This document shows, piece after piece, positions 9,587 through 18,162 of a stretch of DNA of 64,000 bases. The notes beneath the pieces were generated by a model. The model ran no database searches. It worked only from the letters and a program-made list of their open reading frames with translations, and was not told where the DNA came from. This DNA is from Candidatus Hydrogenedentota bacterium (GTDB lineage Bacteria > Hydrogenedentota > Hydrogenedentia > Hydrogenedentales > SLHB01): contig CAXXTH010000003.1 in the NCBI GenBank assembly GCA_963668025.2, forward strand, positions 32,001-96,000, given 5' to 3'. The position numbers and the translations under genes were made by a program. Position 1 is the first letter of the stretch. Every line of letters starts with the position of its first letter.

Positions 9587-11288
9587 ATGCCAGAGCAAAG
9601 GACAGCACATGACGCCCCTACGCCGCTTTCCGCTTCCGATTGGCTGGAACGAATAGAGAAGCCAGATGCTCTCATGCGGCGTGCGTTGCAAGGCATCCAT
9701 GGCGGCAGCGGGACGATGGAGCAAGAACGGCTGGCCCTGCTGAAATCCGTGGTGTCGCGGCACCTGGAACGGTTTGGGAATGGCCCGCTGCGCGTATTTC
9801 GTTCACCGGGACGGGTGAATCTACGGGGCATGCATGTGGACACCCATGGCGGCTATTTGAATCTGATGACCCACCAGAGGGAAACCATCGTAGCCATCCG
9901 TCCAATAGCATCACCTCTCGCGATTTTTTCAAATGTAGATCCTAGATACCCAGAATATGCGTTTGATTTAGCTGGCAGCATCTCCCATCCCGAGTTTCAA
10001 ACGCCTTGGCATGATTACATCGTATCGCCTGGCGTGCAAAACACGTTGCAAGGAAACCGGGGGCATTGGGGCCATTATATTCGGGGCGCAGTCTTGCGAG
10101 CCTTACATGGAACGGCGGACGTCCAGCCGATGGGCATGCAGGCTACAGTGGGAAGTGATCTGCCTGCTGGTGCGGCGCTCAGTTCGTCTCATGCACTATG
10201 CACGGCAGTGGTCTTGGCCGTTTTGGCGCTGGCAGGAAAGCAACAGGGTGAAGCCGCTCTGATTCGGATTATTCAAGATGCGGAATGGTATACGGGCGCT
10301 CGTAGCGGAGTGAGTGACCAAGCCGCAATGATTTTAGGCGGGCGCAATGAATTGGTGAACGTGGCCTTGCTGCCCTCAGCAATCGATGTTTCCGGCCTGC
10401 GCCGCATGGTTTTCCCGGAATCGCTCCAGCTTCTAGTGGTGAGCTCGTATACGGAGCGTAGTTTGAGTGGAGCGAATGGCGTGGAATATGCCCGTAATCG
10501 GTTCGCTTATGCACTCGCACTAGACATTGTCCGCCAGCAACTCGTGGAGATGGGCATCGATAAGGCCCAAACATTGAAAATTGATCGGTTAGCGCACCTA
10601 TCCCCTCAAGCGCTGGAAGCCATGGCAGGCCCTATGGCGCTGTTCAATTTATTGCGCGCTGTTCCCGAAATGATCTCGCTTGATGCCTTGCGCAGCCGTT
10701 ACCATCCGCAACACCTGGATAACCTGTATGAGCACTATTTTGGCTCCGTCCCGATGGAAGCCCGGCCTCAAGAGATTCGCTTGCGCGGCCCTTTGTTATT
10801 TGGAATCGCGGAGTCCGAGCGGGCGCGCCGTTTTTTTTGACACATTAATAGAGGAAGACTTCCGCACAGCGGGACATTTGATGACGATGGGGCATAATGG
10901 CGACCGGCAGGTGGACCCTTTTGGCCATGTCTATCGATATCCCGTGGACGATGCGGCTTTAACGCGTATCGAACAGTCAGGTGAAGGGCTCGAATGGAGT
11001 CCTGGCGTTTATGGTGCGAGCAGCCCCGTCTTGGACGCACTGGTAGACGCCGCACTTGCGGCAGGCGCATTGGGCGCATCCCTCACGGGTGCGGGAATTG
11101 CTGGTTCGGTGTTGGCGCTGTGCCTCGACAAAGATGCGGAACGTATAACGGAAGCGCTCAAACAGCGTCTATCTGCTCCGGATTACCATAACCTGGCCCA
11201 TCGCACAGAGCCGTTGTCTCCTCAGCAAATCGACGCGGCCATCGTGGTAAATCACGCCACGGCGCATGCTTGCGAGATCGTTCTGTAG
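9587..11288 (+). pseudogene. Galactokinase-like GHMP kinase split by a frameshift at a T8 run (10831-10838)
   Basis: PGRVNL, PAGAALSSS and SGVSDQ in 9587..10840; GASLTGAGIAG in the second frame. Removing one T gives a continuous ...RARRFFDTLIEED... Confidence 0.8.
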
Positions 11289-11324
11289 CATGTGGCCGTA
11301 CGAAATGTGGATTGTTTGAACCGA

Positions 11325-14108
11325 TTATAATGGCGGGACATTCAAGTTTAGCTCCAGCGGCGATTCGTCCACCGTCACCTCCCGCCGGATACGCGGGGTG
11401 CGGTCGGCGCTGGCCAAGGCCTGAAAATCGGGTTTTTCCGGATCAATCGTCACGGAAGAAACTTCGATGATATAATCGCCAGGCTGTATGCCTTCTATAT
11501 GAAAAGAGCCATCTTGCGCGACCACGCTCTGGCCCGCCAAATACCGTGCTCCCTCAATCATATCCGCGATGCGCATGGGGCTTAGCTCTTCGGGCGTAGG
11601 GCCGCCAGGACGCCGTAATTGCACCACTACCATTCCATCGAGATCCCTGCCGGTTACAATACCTGATATGCGTGCGCCTTTGCTGATATCGATGTCTAGT
11701 GTGGCGGTTTTTCCTTGTTCCACACGGACTACGCGAGGTGCAAGGGAATACCCGGAAAACAGCGCCATGCCTGCTTGGGCGTCGGAATCAATAATATTGA
11801 GTAAATGTTCGCCAGGCATCAGCCGTTCCAGGCTAAAATGGCCGCTGGCGTCCGTGGCTGTCCGCTGCATTTCATCTTCACCCAACAGTTGAACGATCAC
11901 ATGCTCTTTGGGTTTTCCGCCAATGAGGCAGCATCCCTCAATGCGCCCGCCGGAAAGCAGAGTTACAGGATGGCCTTTGATCTCACTGTTTTGTTCCAGC
12001 TTGATGCTCGATTCAATATATTTCGCATATTCCGAGTGGCGCACGTCTAGCACATACGCGCCTGGCGGCGCTCCGCGCAGGATGAACGCGCCAGACCGAT
12101 CCGTGCGCGTGGAGACAATGGCATTTTCACTCGATGGCGGCAATACCGTGGCCAGGAAATGCTCCAGGTCATTATCTGGAGGCGACATCAACTGAACCAA
12201 AGCATTCGATACCGCTCTACCTTTTTCATTCTTAACCACACCGCTCAGGTATGTGCCACCACTGATGGCGACCACGATATCGGTGAGCGCTTGCCCCGGT
12301 TCCAGTTTAAGGGATGCAGTCTTACCCTTTCCCATATTGCCTGCGTCGGCTTGAATGACATAATCTCCCGGTTCCACATTCTGGAAGAGATACGTTCCAT
12401 CCGCACCTGATTTCGTTTGGCCTGCAACATACTGGAAAGCATTGCGCCGCATGGCTGCCGCAGGATTGGCGGGTTTATTCACTTCGTCCGGTTTCAACAG
12501 CACATCACAGCCGGGCATGGCATTTCCATCTTGATCACATATTTGCCCTGCTATCGAACCGAGAGGCATCAGCCGTAAGGTTACATTTGCGCCCGGCGCA
12601 ACAGCGTCAAGGCGCTGCACTCCCGCGGCGCATTGCACCGTGATATCATGAAGCGCGCCTTCAAGCCGCTTGAGGGCGAAAGCGCCTGATTGTGAAGTTA
12701 AGGCTTCAGCCGCTATATCTTCTTCCCCTACTCTCCTGGCTACAACACGGGCATTGGGAACGGCTTTTCCTTCCGGATCCTCGACACGGCCCTGGATCAC
12801 GCCTTCTCCCCGCTTGGACGCCGCAGGCTGCATGGGCGTCACTCTTATTTTGACATCATTCAGCGATGTGACGCCGTCCACGCTCACGGATAGCGGAGGC
12901 GATACCGTTTCTCCTAATGGGAGGGCGTATGTCGGGCATATCAGATAAGCCCCTGGGCTGATATGCTCGAAAGAGAATGCCCCCTCTGCATCGGTGACAG
13001 CCGTTTTTGGTTGCAACAACACTGCGGCGGCGTGCGAATCTGGGTCTGATTCAAGGCACAGGATCTGCTCGGATGCGGGAACGCCGTTGGCGAAACGGGC
13101 CCGGCCGCTAATCGTACTGCCAGGCAGCAGCACTACGGGCTCGCGCCTTGGAGATTCTCCTGGCAGGATACGGAATTCGGCGGTTGCGGCTTCGGCATAT
13201 CCAGGCGCTATGACATATAATCGAAAAGGCCGGTCATAGTCGAGGCCAAGAATGCGGTATTTACCGTTTGCATTGGTTTTGCCACTGGATAATGCGGCTC
13301 GGGCGGCATCTGGCGGCTGGTGTTCCTGCAAATCCGCCTGGGAGATCAAACCAGGAATCAGATACACGGTTGCCTCCGAAACGGGCGTATTATCTAGATT
13401 TTGGATTTGCCCCTCGACGATGGCACCCAATTCGAGAGAGAAATCCGCGCGCGGGGCTTGTGTTTGAAGAACCACATCCACATCAATCCATGGCTTCGTC
13501 CCAGCGATATAGCCTCGCTCCCGCGATTGAGGGGACACCCGGTACGCACCCGGCAAAAGACCCTCGATCAGATAGTTTCCTTCTTCGTCTGTTTTTGCGG
13601 TAAAAACCAGCGGGGCTTTTCCTATCACTTGTTTGCGTTGGCTTGAAGCCACTACCTGGAAACCGGCAAGGCCATTGCCGGATGTCCCATCCGTTATTCG
13701 TCCGCAAATATCGCCGCCAGGCTGCATTAGGAATTCCACCCGGATATCGCTCTTTTGGCTTTCTTGAAGGGGATGGCGCGCCCGGGCGTACCCTGGCGCT
13801 AGGCATACAACCTCGCTCCATTTTCCTTCCGGCAAATGTAATTGGAAGGAACCTGAAGCATCGGTATAAGCGGATTCGGAAGTCTGATGTGCGGCTTGAA
13901 CGCCAAACACCCGGGCATTCGTTATCGGAGCGCCTGAAGCAGCGTCATACGCCATACCCGTTATATGCAGGGCATTCGCTTCGCCCGAGGATCCAGCGGA
14001 GGATGGTTTATTGGCTATTTCAGAAACGACGCGCCATATGGCGAATAAACACACCCCAAGCGCCGCCAACATGATCCCTGCGGCGAAGGCCTTGCGTATC
14101 CACTTCAT
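11325..14108 (-). CDS. Membrane-anchored protein with repeated carboxypeptidase-regulatory-like (transthyretin-fold) domains
   Basis: N-terminal TM helix; about 7-8 repeats of I-x-G-x-V-x-D...P...TD-x-x-G-x-F/Y...L-x-PG-x-Y. Confidence 0.8.
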   Translation of the reverse strand: MKWIRKAFAAGIMLAALGVCLFAIWRVVSEIANKPSSAGSSGEANALHITGMAYDAASGAPITNARVFGVQAAHQTSESAYTDASGSFQLHLPEGKWSEVVCLAPGYARARHPLQESQKSDIRVEFLMQPGGDICGRITDGTSGNGLAGFQVVASSQRKQVIGKAPLVFTAKTDEEGNYLIEGLLPGAYRVSPQSRERGYIAGTKPWIDVDVVLQTQAPRADFSLELGAIVEGQIQNLDNTPVSEATVYLIPGLISQADLQEHQPPDAARAALSSGKTNANGKYRILGLDYDRPFRLYVIAPGYAEAATAEFRILPGESPRREPVVLLPGSTISGRARFANGVPASEQILCLESDPDSHAAAVLLQPKTAVTDAEGAFSFEHISPGAYLICPTYALPLGETVSPPLSVSVDGVTSLNDVKIRVTPMQPAASKRGEGVIQGRVEDPEGKAVPNARVVARRVGEEDIAAEALTSQSGAFALKRLEGALHDITVQCAAGVQRLDAVAPGANVTLRLMPLGSIAGQICDQDGNAMPGCDVLLKPDEVNKPANPAAAMRRNAFQYVAGQTKSGADGTYLFQNVEPGDYVIQADAGNMGKGKTASLKLEPGQALTDIVVAISGGTYLSGVVKNEKGRAVSNALVQLMSPPDNDLEHFLATVLPPSSENAIVSTRTDRSGAFILRGAPPGAYVLDVRHSEYAKYIESSIKLEQNSEIKGHPVTLLSGGRIEGCCLIGGKPKEHVIVQLLGEDEMQRTATDASGHFSLERLMPGEHLLNIIDSDAQAGMALFSGYSLAPRVVRVEQGKTATLDIDISKGARISGIVTGRDLDGMVVVQLRRPGGPTPEELSPMRIADMIEGARYLAGQSVVAQDGSFHIEGIQPGDYIIEVSSVTIDPEKPDFQALASADRTPRIRREVTVDESPLELNLNVPPL

Positions 14109-14229
14109 TGTTAGCCCTCATAACTGGGAAAACAACTGGACTCCCGAAAGACCAGTATTCAACCTCAGGGCATACTAATCCCTTCACGGATATTTTGGTT
14201 CCGTGCGGCAACCTCTCTTTGGCGATGTG

Positions 14230-14418
14230 CTACGCCGTGATATTCAGTTGCTGGCCCACATTGGAACCGGCTGCTGAGGACTGGATGAGCTGAAGGGCCA
14301 TATTGCCAAGTTCTTTTGTGGCGTCCAGCTGTTTCTTGAGTACGGCCACCTGATATTGGGCCGCGAACTGCGCATTCGAGAGAGCGGAAGCTCCTCCCAC
14401 TGCGGATAAACCACCCAT
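14230..14418 (-). CDS. YjfB-like small protein (putative motility family)
   Basis: VAVLKKQLD...ALQLIQS...GQQLNITA pattern; AAGGAGG RBS. Confidence 0.75.
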   Translation of the reverse strand: MGGLSAVGGASALSNAQFAAQYQVAVLKKQLDATKELGNMALQLIQSSAAGSNVGQQLNITA

Positions 14419-14457
14419 ATAAGCCCCTCCTTGGGTTGATTGGGCATCAATATGCTG

Positions 14458-14487
14458 ACTATACCATATTCGCCCTCAATACGTCAA
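14458..14487 (-). promoter_or_regulatory. Sigma70-type promoter for the YjfB-like gene
   Basis: TTGACG, 18-nt spacer, TATAGT with a TGn extension on the minus strand. Confidence 0.5.
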
Positions 14488-14602
14488 AAACAGGAGGTTA
14501 TTCGGGCCTGCGTCAAAAAAGTGGGTTTTCGTTCCCCCCCCCCTTTTTTTGGCCCGATGTATGTAGTAAGATTACTACAATAAATAGAGAGGAGAACCAA
14601 TC

Positions 14603-14983
14603 ATGGCCAATAAACGCACGCTGGAAGAAAAACGCTTGGACTTGCTCGAACAATTGGGCGAAATACGAACCTTGAGAAAAGGATCCCTCAATGAACAATG
14701 GTTTCCCTCTATCAAGGACGGGAAAAAAACGCGAGAGTTACGCGGACCCTATTACTTATGGACAAGCAAGAAAAACAATAAGACCGTGAGCGAACGCATT
14801 TGCGGCGAGCAAGAATTGAACCGCGCGCGTCAGGATGAGGAAAACTATAAACGTTTCCGGGATGTATGCAGACAATTCGAGTCGGTGGCCCAAGAACTGG
14901 GCGAACTGGAACGGATGCAGAGCGCCGAACAAGACGCCCTCAAAAAAAAACGCAAGCCGCCATCGAAAAAGACGCCGAAGTAA
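14603..14983 (+). CDS. IS orfA (DUF6788-like), probable N-terminal part of a frameshifted transposase
   Basis: LRKGSLNEQW...GPYYLWT...KTVS; GAGGAG RBS; A9 run at 14942-14950 overlaps the -1 frame transposase ORF. Confidence 0.8.
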   Translation: MANKRTLEEKRLDLLEQLGEIRTLRKGSLNEQWFPSIKDGKKTRELRGPYYLWTSKKNNKTVSERICGEQELNRARQDEENYKRFRDVCRQFESVAQELGELERMQSAEQDALKKKRKPPSKKTPK

Positions 14984-15750
14984 CGCGGATTTTCAACGCG
15001 GCAAAACGCGCGGCGGGAACGGATCTCGAAGCATTGGAACAAGCCCTGCGCGGCGCGGCCCTCATGGGAGGGGCCAAGGCGCTCGATGCCTTTTTAAGAA
15101 AGGTGGGCGTGGGCCGGCGCGGGGAAAAAGCGCGTTGCTCATGCATGGCGGTAATGAAAAGCCGTGGCCTGAAGACAAAAACCATCGTCACTCTTTTGGG
15201 CAAGATCCGCTTTACGCGCACCGCCTACCGGTGCCCCCGGTGCGGCAAATGGCGGTATCCCGGCGACGAGGAGCTCGATGTCGCCAACACGCGCTATTCG
15301 CCGGGCGTGCGGCGTCTCGTGGCGGATTTCGCCAGCGACGCCCCATTCAAAAGGGTGTCGCAACAACTGAAAGCAGCCGCCGGACTCGTGATCAGCCGCA
15401 AGGACTGTGAGCGTATCGCGGAACAGACCGGCCAGCAAGCCGCCCACTGGTTCGCGCAAGAACGGGACCGTATCCGATTCCAGGAACCGCCGCCTCCCGA
15501 TGCCGCCAAAACTATCGAGACCCTTTACATCGAGTTCGACGGCAGCGGCGTTCCCATGGTGCCCGAGGCGCTCGAAGGCCGCAAGGGAAAATATCAAAAC
15601 GGCAAGCCCAAAACCCGCGAGGTGAAAATCGGATGCGTTTTTTCTCAAACCGCCTTCAACGAAAAAGGCCGCCCCATCCGGGATAGGGGCTCCGCCAGTT
15701 TCGTGGGCGCCATCGAGACGTCCGAACAGTTTCAATGGCGCATCTACGCC
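14942..15750 (+). pseudogene. ISKra4 transposase, 5' part
   Basis: CSC...YRCPRC zinc ribbon, LYIEFDG (first catalytic Asp), REVKIG; breaks at WRIYA. Confidence 0.85.
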
Positions 15751-17572
15751 GAGGCATTTGCGAAATAGCGTGGTTTGCGAACGCGCGGACGGTGCGGGCA
15801 CACGCGGAGCGGTTTTCGCCTGTGGCAATGGGATTACGCCTCCGCTACGGGTGCAATAAATCATGCAGGAGGTTCGCGTGTAGGACCCTTGCGGCCCGAA
15901 TGGGCATGGTTTGCCCTTGATTCGGGCCATCATTGCTTGTGCGGATTCGATGTGATCTATGCGGCGCGGGGCTGTCCGAGGAGCGAGCGCATGCGTTCTG
16001 CCTGGCCGGCTTCGAGCCATCCCAGGGCCATGCCGAGCATGACGAGGAGGGCTAATCCGGTGCGGGCGCGCATCTTTTTCATACCGCGGATGTAGTGGCG
16101 CTCGAATCCGTATGCGCCGTCGAGTCGGCTGTTGACTCGCTCGATGGCGGTGCGGTGTTTGTATTCGCGGCGCCAGGATTTGGCGCTGCGGGGCAGGGGG
16201 GTAAAGATGCGCCGGTCGATAGCGATGGGCACGCGGACAATCCGTCCGTGTTCGGGCTGGCATCCTTGGTTGCAGAGGTCTTGCTGGGTACAGGCGCTCC
16301 CGCGTGCCTTGGCTGGGCAACGGTATTTCAAGGTTCCCCGATCTTGCTCGAATCCTTGGTAGGCCATGGAATCATAGTTGTCGCGTTCGTTTGGGGCGCC
16401 GTTACGACACCGGCAGAGGACTTCACCTCGTTCGGTATGGAAGATCGTGTCTACCCGTTCGGGATATAAAGGGCGGGGCCGTTCCGGTTCTTCTTTCCAG
16501 GTCGCCCGGATGTCCACGATGGGCCGGATTTCATGTTCCTCGAAGAGGCCCTTGTTGTTGGCTTCGGAATCATAGCCCTTGTCGGCGCTGAGGTACTCGG
16601 CGCGTTGGACGAGTTCGGGGTGGCGCGCGTCGAGAGCCGCCACGAGGGGCAGCAGAAAGGGCGAGTCGTTGGCGCTGGCTTTCGTGACCGCGTAGCCCAG
16701 CGGCAATTCATATTTCGTGTCCACGATGAGGTGCAGCTTGTAGCCGAACCACCGTTTGACCTTCTCCCAGGGCGTGCCGTCCTTGTGAACGCCCTTGTAG
16801 GTTTTCGTGCCCCAGTCTGCGTCGCGGTCGCGCCGCCCGTCCGGCTCTTCGTTTTCCAGGACCGCGTCTTTGCGCGGAGGCTTGGCGTGGGTTTGGATGG
16901 CTTTCGAGTCTACGGCCAGACGCACCCCGAGATCCGGCAAGCGTTCCATCAGCCGGACGATGAGCGCGTCGAACATCCGGTCCACTTCTTTCCAGTGGCG
17001 CAGTAATCTGGCGAAGAACCGCGTGTACACCCATTCGGGCGGGACCGCCTTGGCGCCCCGCAACACGTCGAATCCGCACAACTGGCGCAATTGCCCGTTT
17101 CGGGCTAGTTCGCGGCGCAGGCTTTCGACGCCGTCGTGCTGGAAGACGATCCCCGCCAGTATGCTGTTCCACATCGCGCGGATAGGATAATCGTCGCGCC
17201 GCCCCTTGCGTTCGGCTTCCATCGCCCGCATCAAATCTTCATCCGGCAGCGCCGCCAGCAACAGGTTCAGCCGATCCAGATCCGACGCCGCGTCGACCTG
17301 GTTCCACGAGAACAACCCCATTTGGTGTATAATGGCCATCGCAAACGTCTCCTTGGTGTGTGCGTGGTTATGTGGTCAACTATACTACAATCACACACGG
17401 GAGACGTTACGCCTTTTCCCGCTCGCCGAGGGCATTTGGGGTGATTTTTCACAAAAAATCCTTATTCATGCCCCCGCCAAGCCCCTTTCCCCGCATTCTC
17501 CGGGGTAGGCGCCAATTCCGCCGCTTTGTAAACCCTTGTCAATACGGATTTTCTTTATTTCGCAAATGCCTC
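15751..17572 (-). mobile_element. Intact DDE insertion sequence (IS5/IS1182-like) nested in the ISKra4 transposase
   Basis: 17-bp IRs GAGGCATTTGCGAAATA (15751-15767 and 17556-17572) with 6-bp TSD TACGCC; an equally valid reading is 15-bp IRs (15753..17570) with 10-bp TSD TCTACGCCGA. Confidence 0.9.
15957..17339 (-). CDS. DDE transposase (DUF772-like N-terminus plus DDE domain)
   Basis: LAVDSK, WFGYKLHLIVD, ADKGYD and YKHRTAIERVNSRL motifs; GGAGA RBS. Confidence 0.92.
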   Translation of the reverse strand: MAIIHQMGLFSWNQVDAASDLDRLNLLLAALPDEDLMRAMEAERKGRRDDYPIRAMWNSILAGIVFQHDGVESLRRELARNGQLRQLCGFDVLRGAKAVPPEWVYTRFFARLLRHWKEVDRMFDALIVRLMERLPDLGVRLAVDSKAIQTHAKPPRKDAVLENEEPDGRRDRDADWGTKTYKGVHKDGTPWEKVKRWFGYKLHLIVDTKYELPLGYAVTKASANDSPFLLPLVAALDARHPELVQRAEYLSADKGYDSEANNKGLFEEHEIRPIVDIRATWKEEPERPRPLYPERVDTIFHTERGEVLCRCRNGAPNERDNYDSMAYQGFEQDRGTLKYRCPAKARGSACTQQDLCNQGCQPEHGRIVRVPIAIDRRIFTPLPRSAKSWRREYKHRTAIERVNSRLDGAYGFERHYIRGMKKMRARTGLALLVMLGMALGWLEAGQAERMRSLLGQPRAA

Positions 17573-18115
17573 TACGCCGAGGCCGTCCGCCGCGGATTGT
17601 TCAGGGCCAAACGCGTCGTATGCCTCACCGATGGGGCCGAATGGATACGAAACATCGTACAAACCCATTTTCACGCCGCCATCCACGTAGTCGACTTGTA
17701 TCACGCGCGCGAGCATCTCGGGAACCTGTGCAAATTGTTGTTTGGACGCGACGAAAAACGTTTGGCCTTGTACAAGGGCAAATGGTGGGACGATCTGGAT
17801 GAGGGAAAGATCGAAACCATCGTGGAAGAAGCCGCCGTGCTGTTGCCAAACAATGGGCCGGATGCCAAAGAAGCCGTTACCGCCATCGGCTATTTTGAGA
17901 CGAACAAAGAACGCATGCGCTACAACGATTTTTTTGCCAAGGGACTATTCGTTGGCTCGGGAGTCATTGAAGCGGCGTGCAGGACGGTCGTTGGCCAGCG
18001 TATGAAGCACTCCGGTATGGAATGGACCGTCCGTGGCGCAAATGCCATTACGGCGTTGCGATGCCTTATTCAATCCAATCGCTTCGAGGAGTATTGGGAA
18101 CAAAGAACCGGATGA
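17573..18115 (+). pseudogene. ISKra4 transposase, 3' part
   Basis: Resumes YAEAVRRG; LTDGAEWI, VVDLYHA, GSGVIEAAC and RMKHSGMEW motifs; the stop codon overlaps the right IR. Confidence 0.88.
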
Positions 18116-18162
18116 AAACCCACTTTTTTGACGCAGGCCCAGGTTATTCCGTATTTATTGCT

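Larger units (their letters stand above)
14504..18140 (+). mobile_element. ISKra4-family insertion sequence, interrupted by a nested IS
   Basis: Perfect 27-bp terminal IRs GGGCCTGCGTCAAAAAAGTGGGTTTTC (14504-14530 and 18114-18140); 9-bp TSD AGGTTATTC at 14495-14503 and 18141-18149. Confidence 0.93.

Noticed and set aside
9439-9843. N-terminal 135 aa of the 706-aa ORF
   Set aside because: It overlaps the divergent kinase on the opposite strand and has no family motifs; the start is more likely at 9438 or 9432.
14534-14550. C10-T7 homopolymer tract in the IS left end
   Set aside because: It is non-coding, and I cannot support a function for it.
15139-16320. 393-aa minus-strand ORF
   Set aside because: It crosses the inner IS boundary and shadows two transposases, so it is a chance ORF.
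17360-17572. N-terminus of the 251-aa ORF
   Set aside because: It is read-through of inner IS non-coding DNA; only the part from 17573 is ISKra4 transposase.
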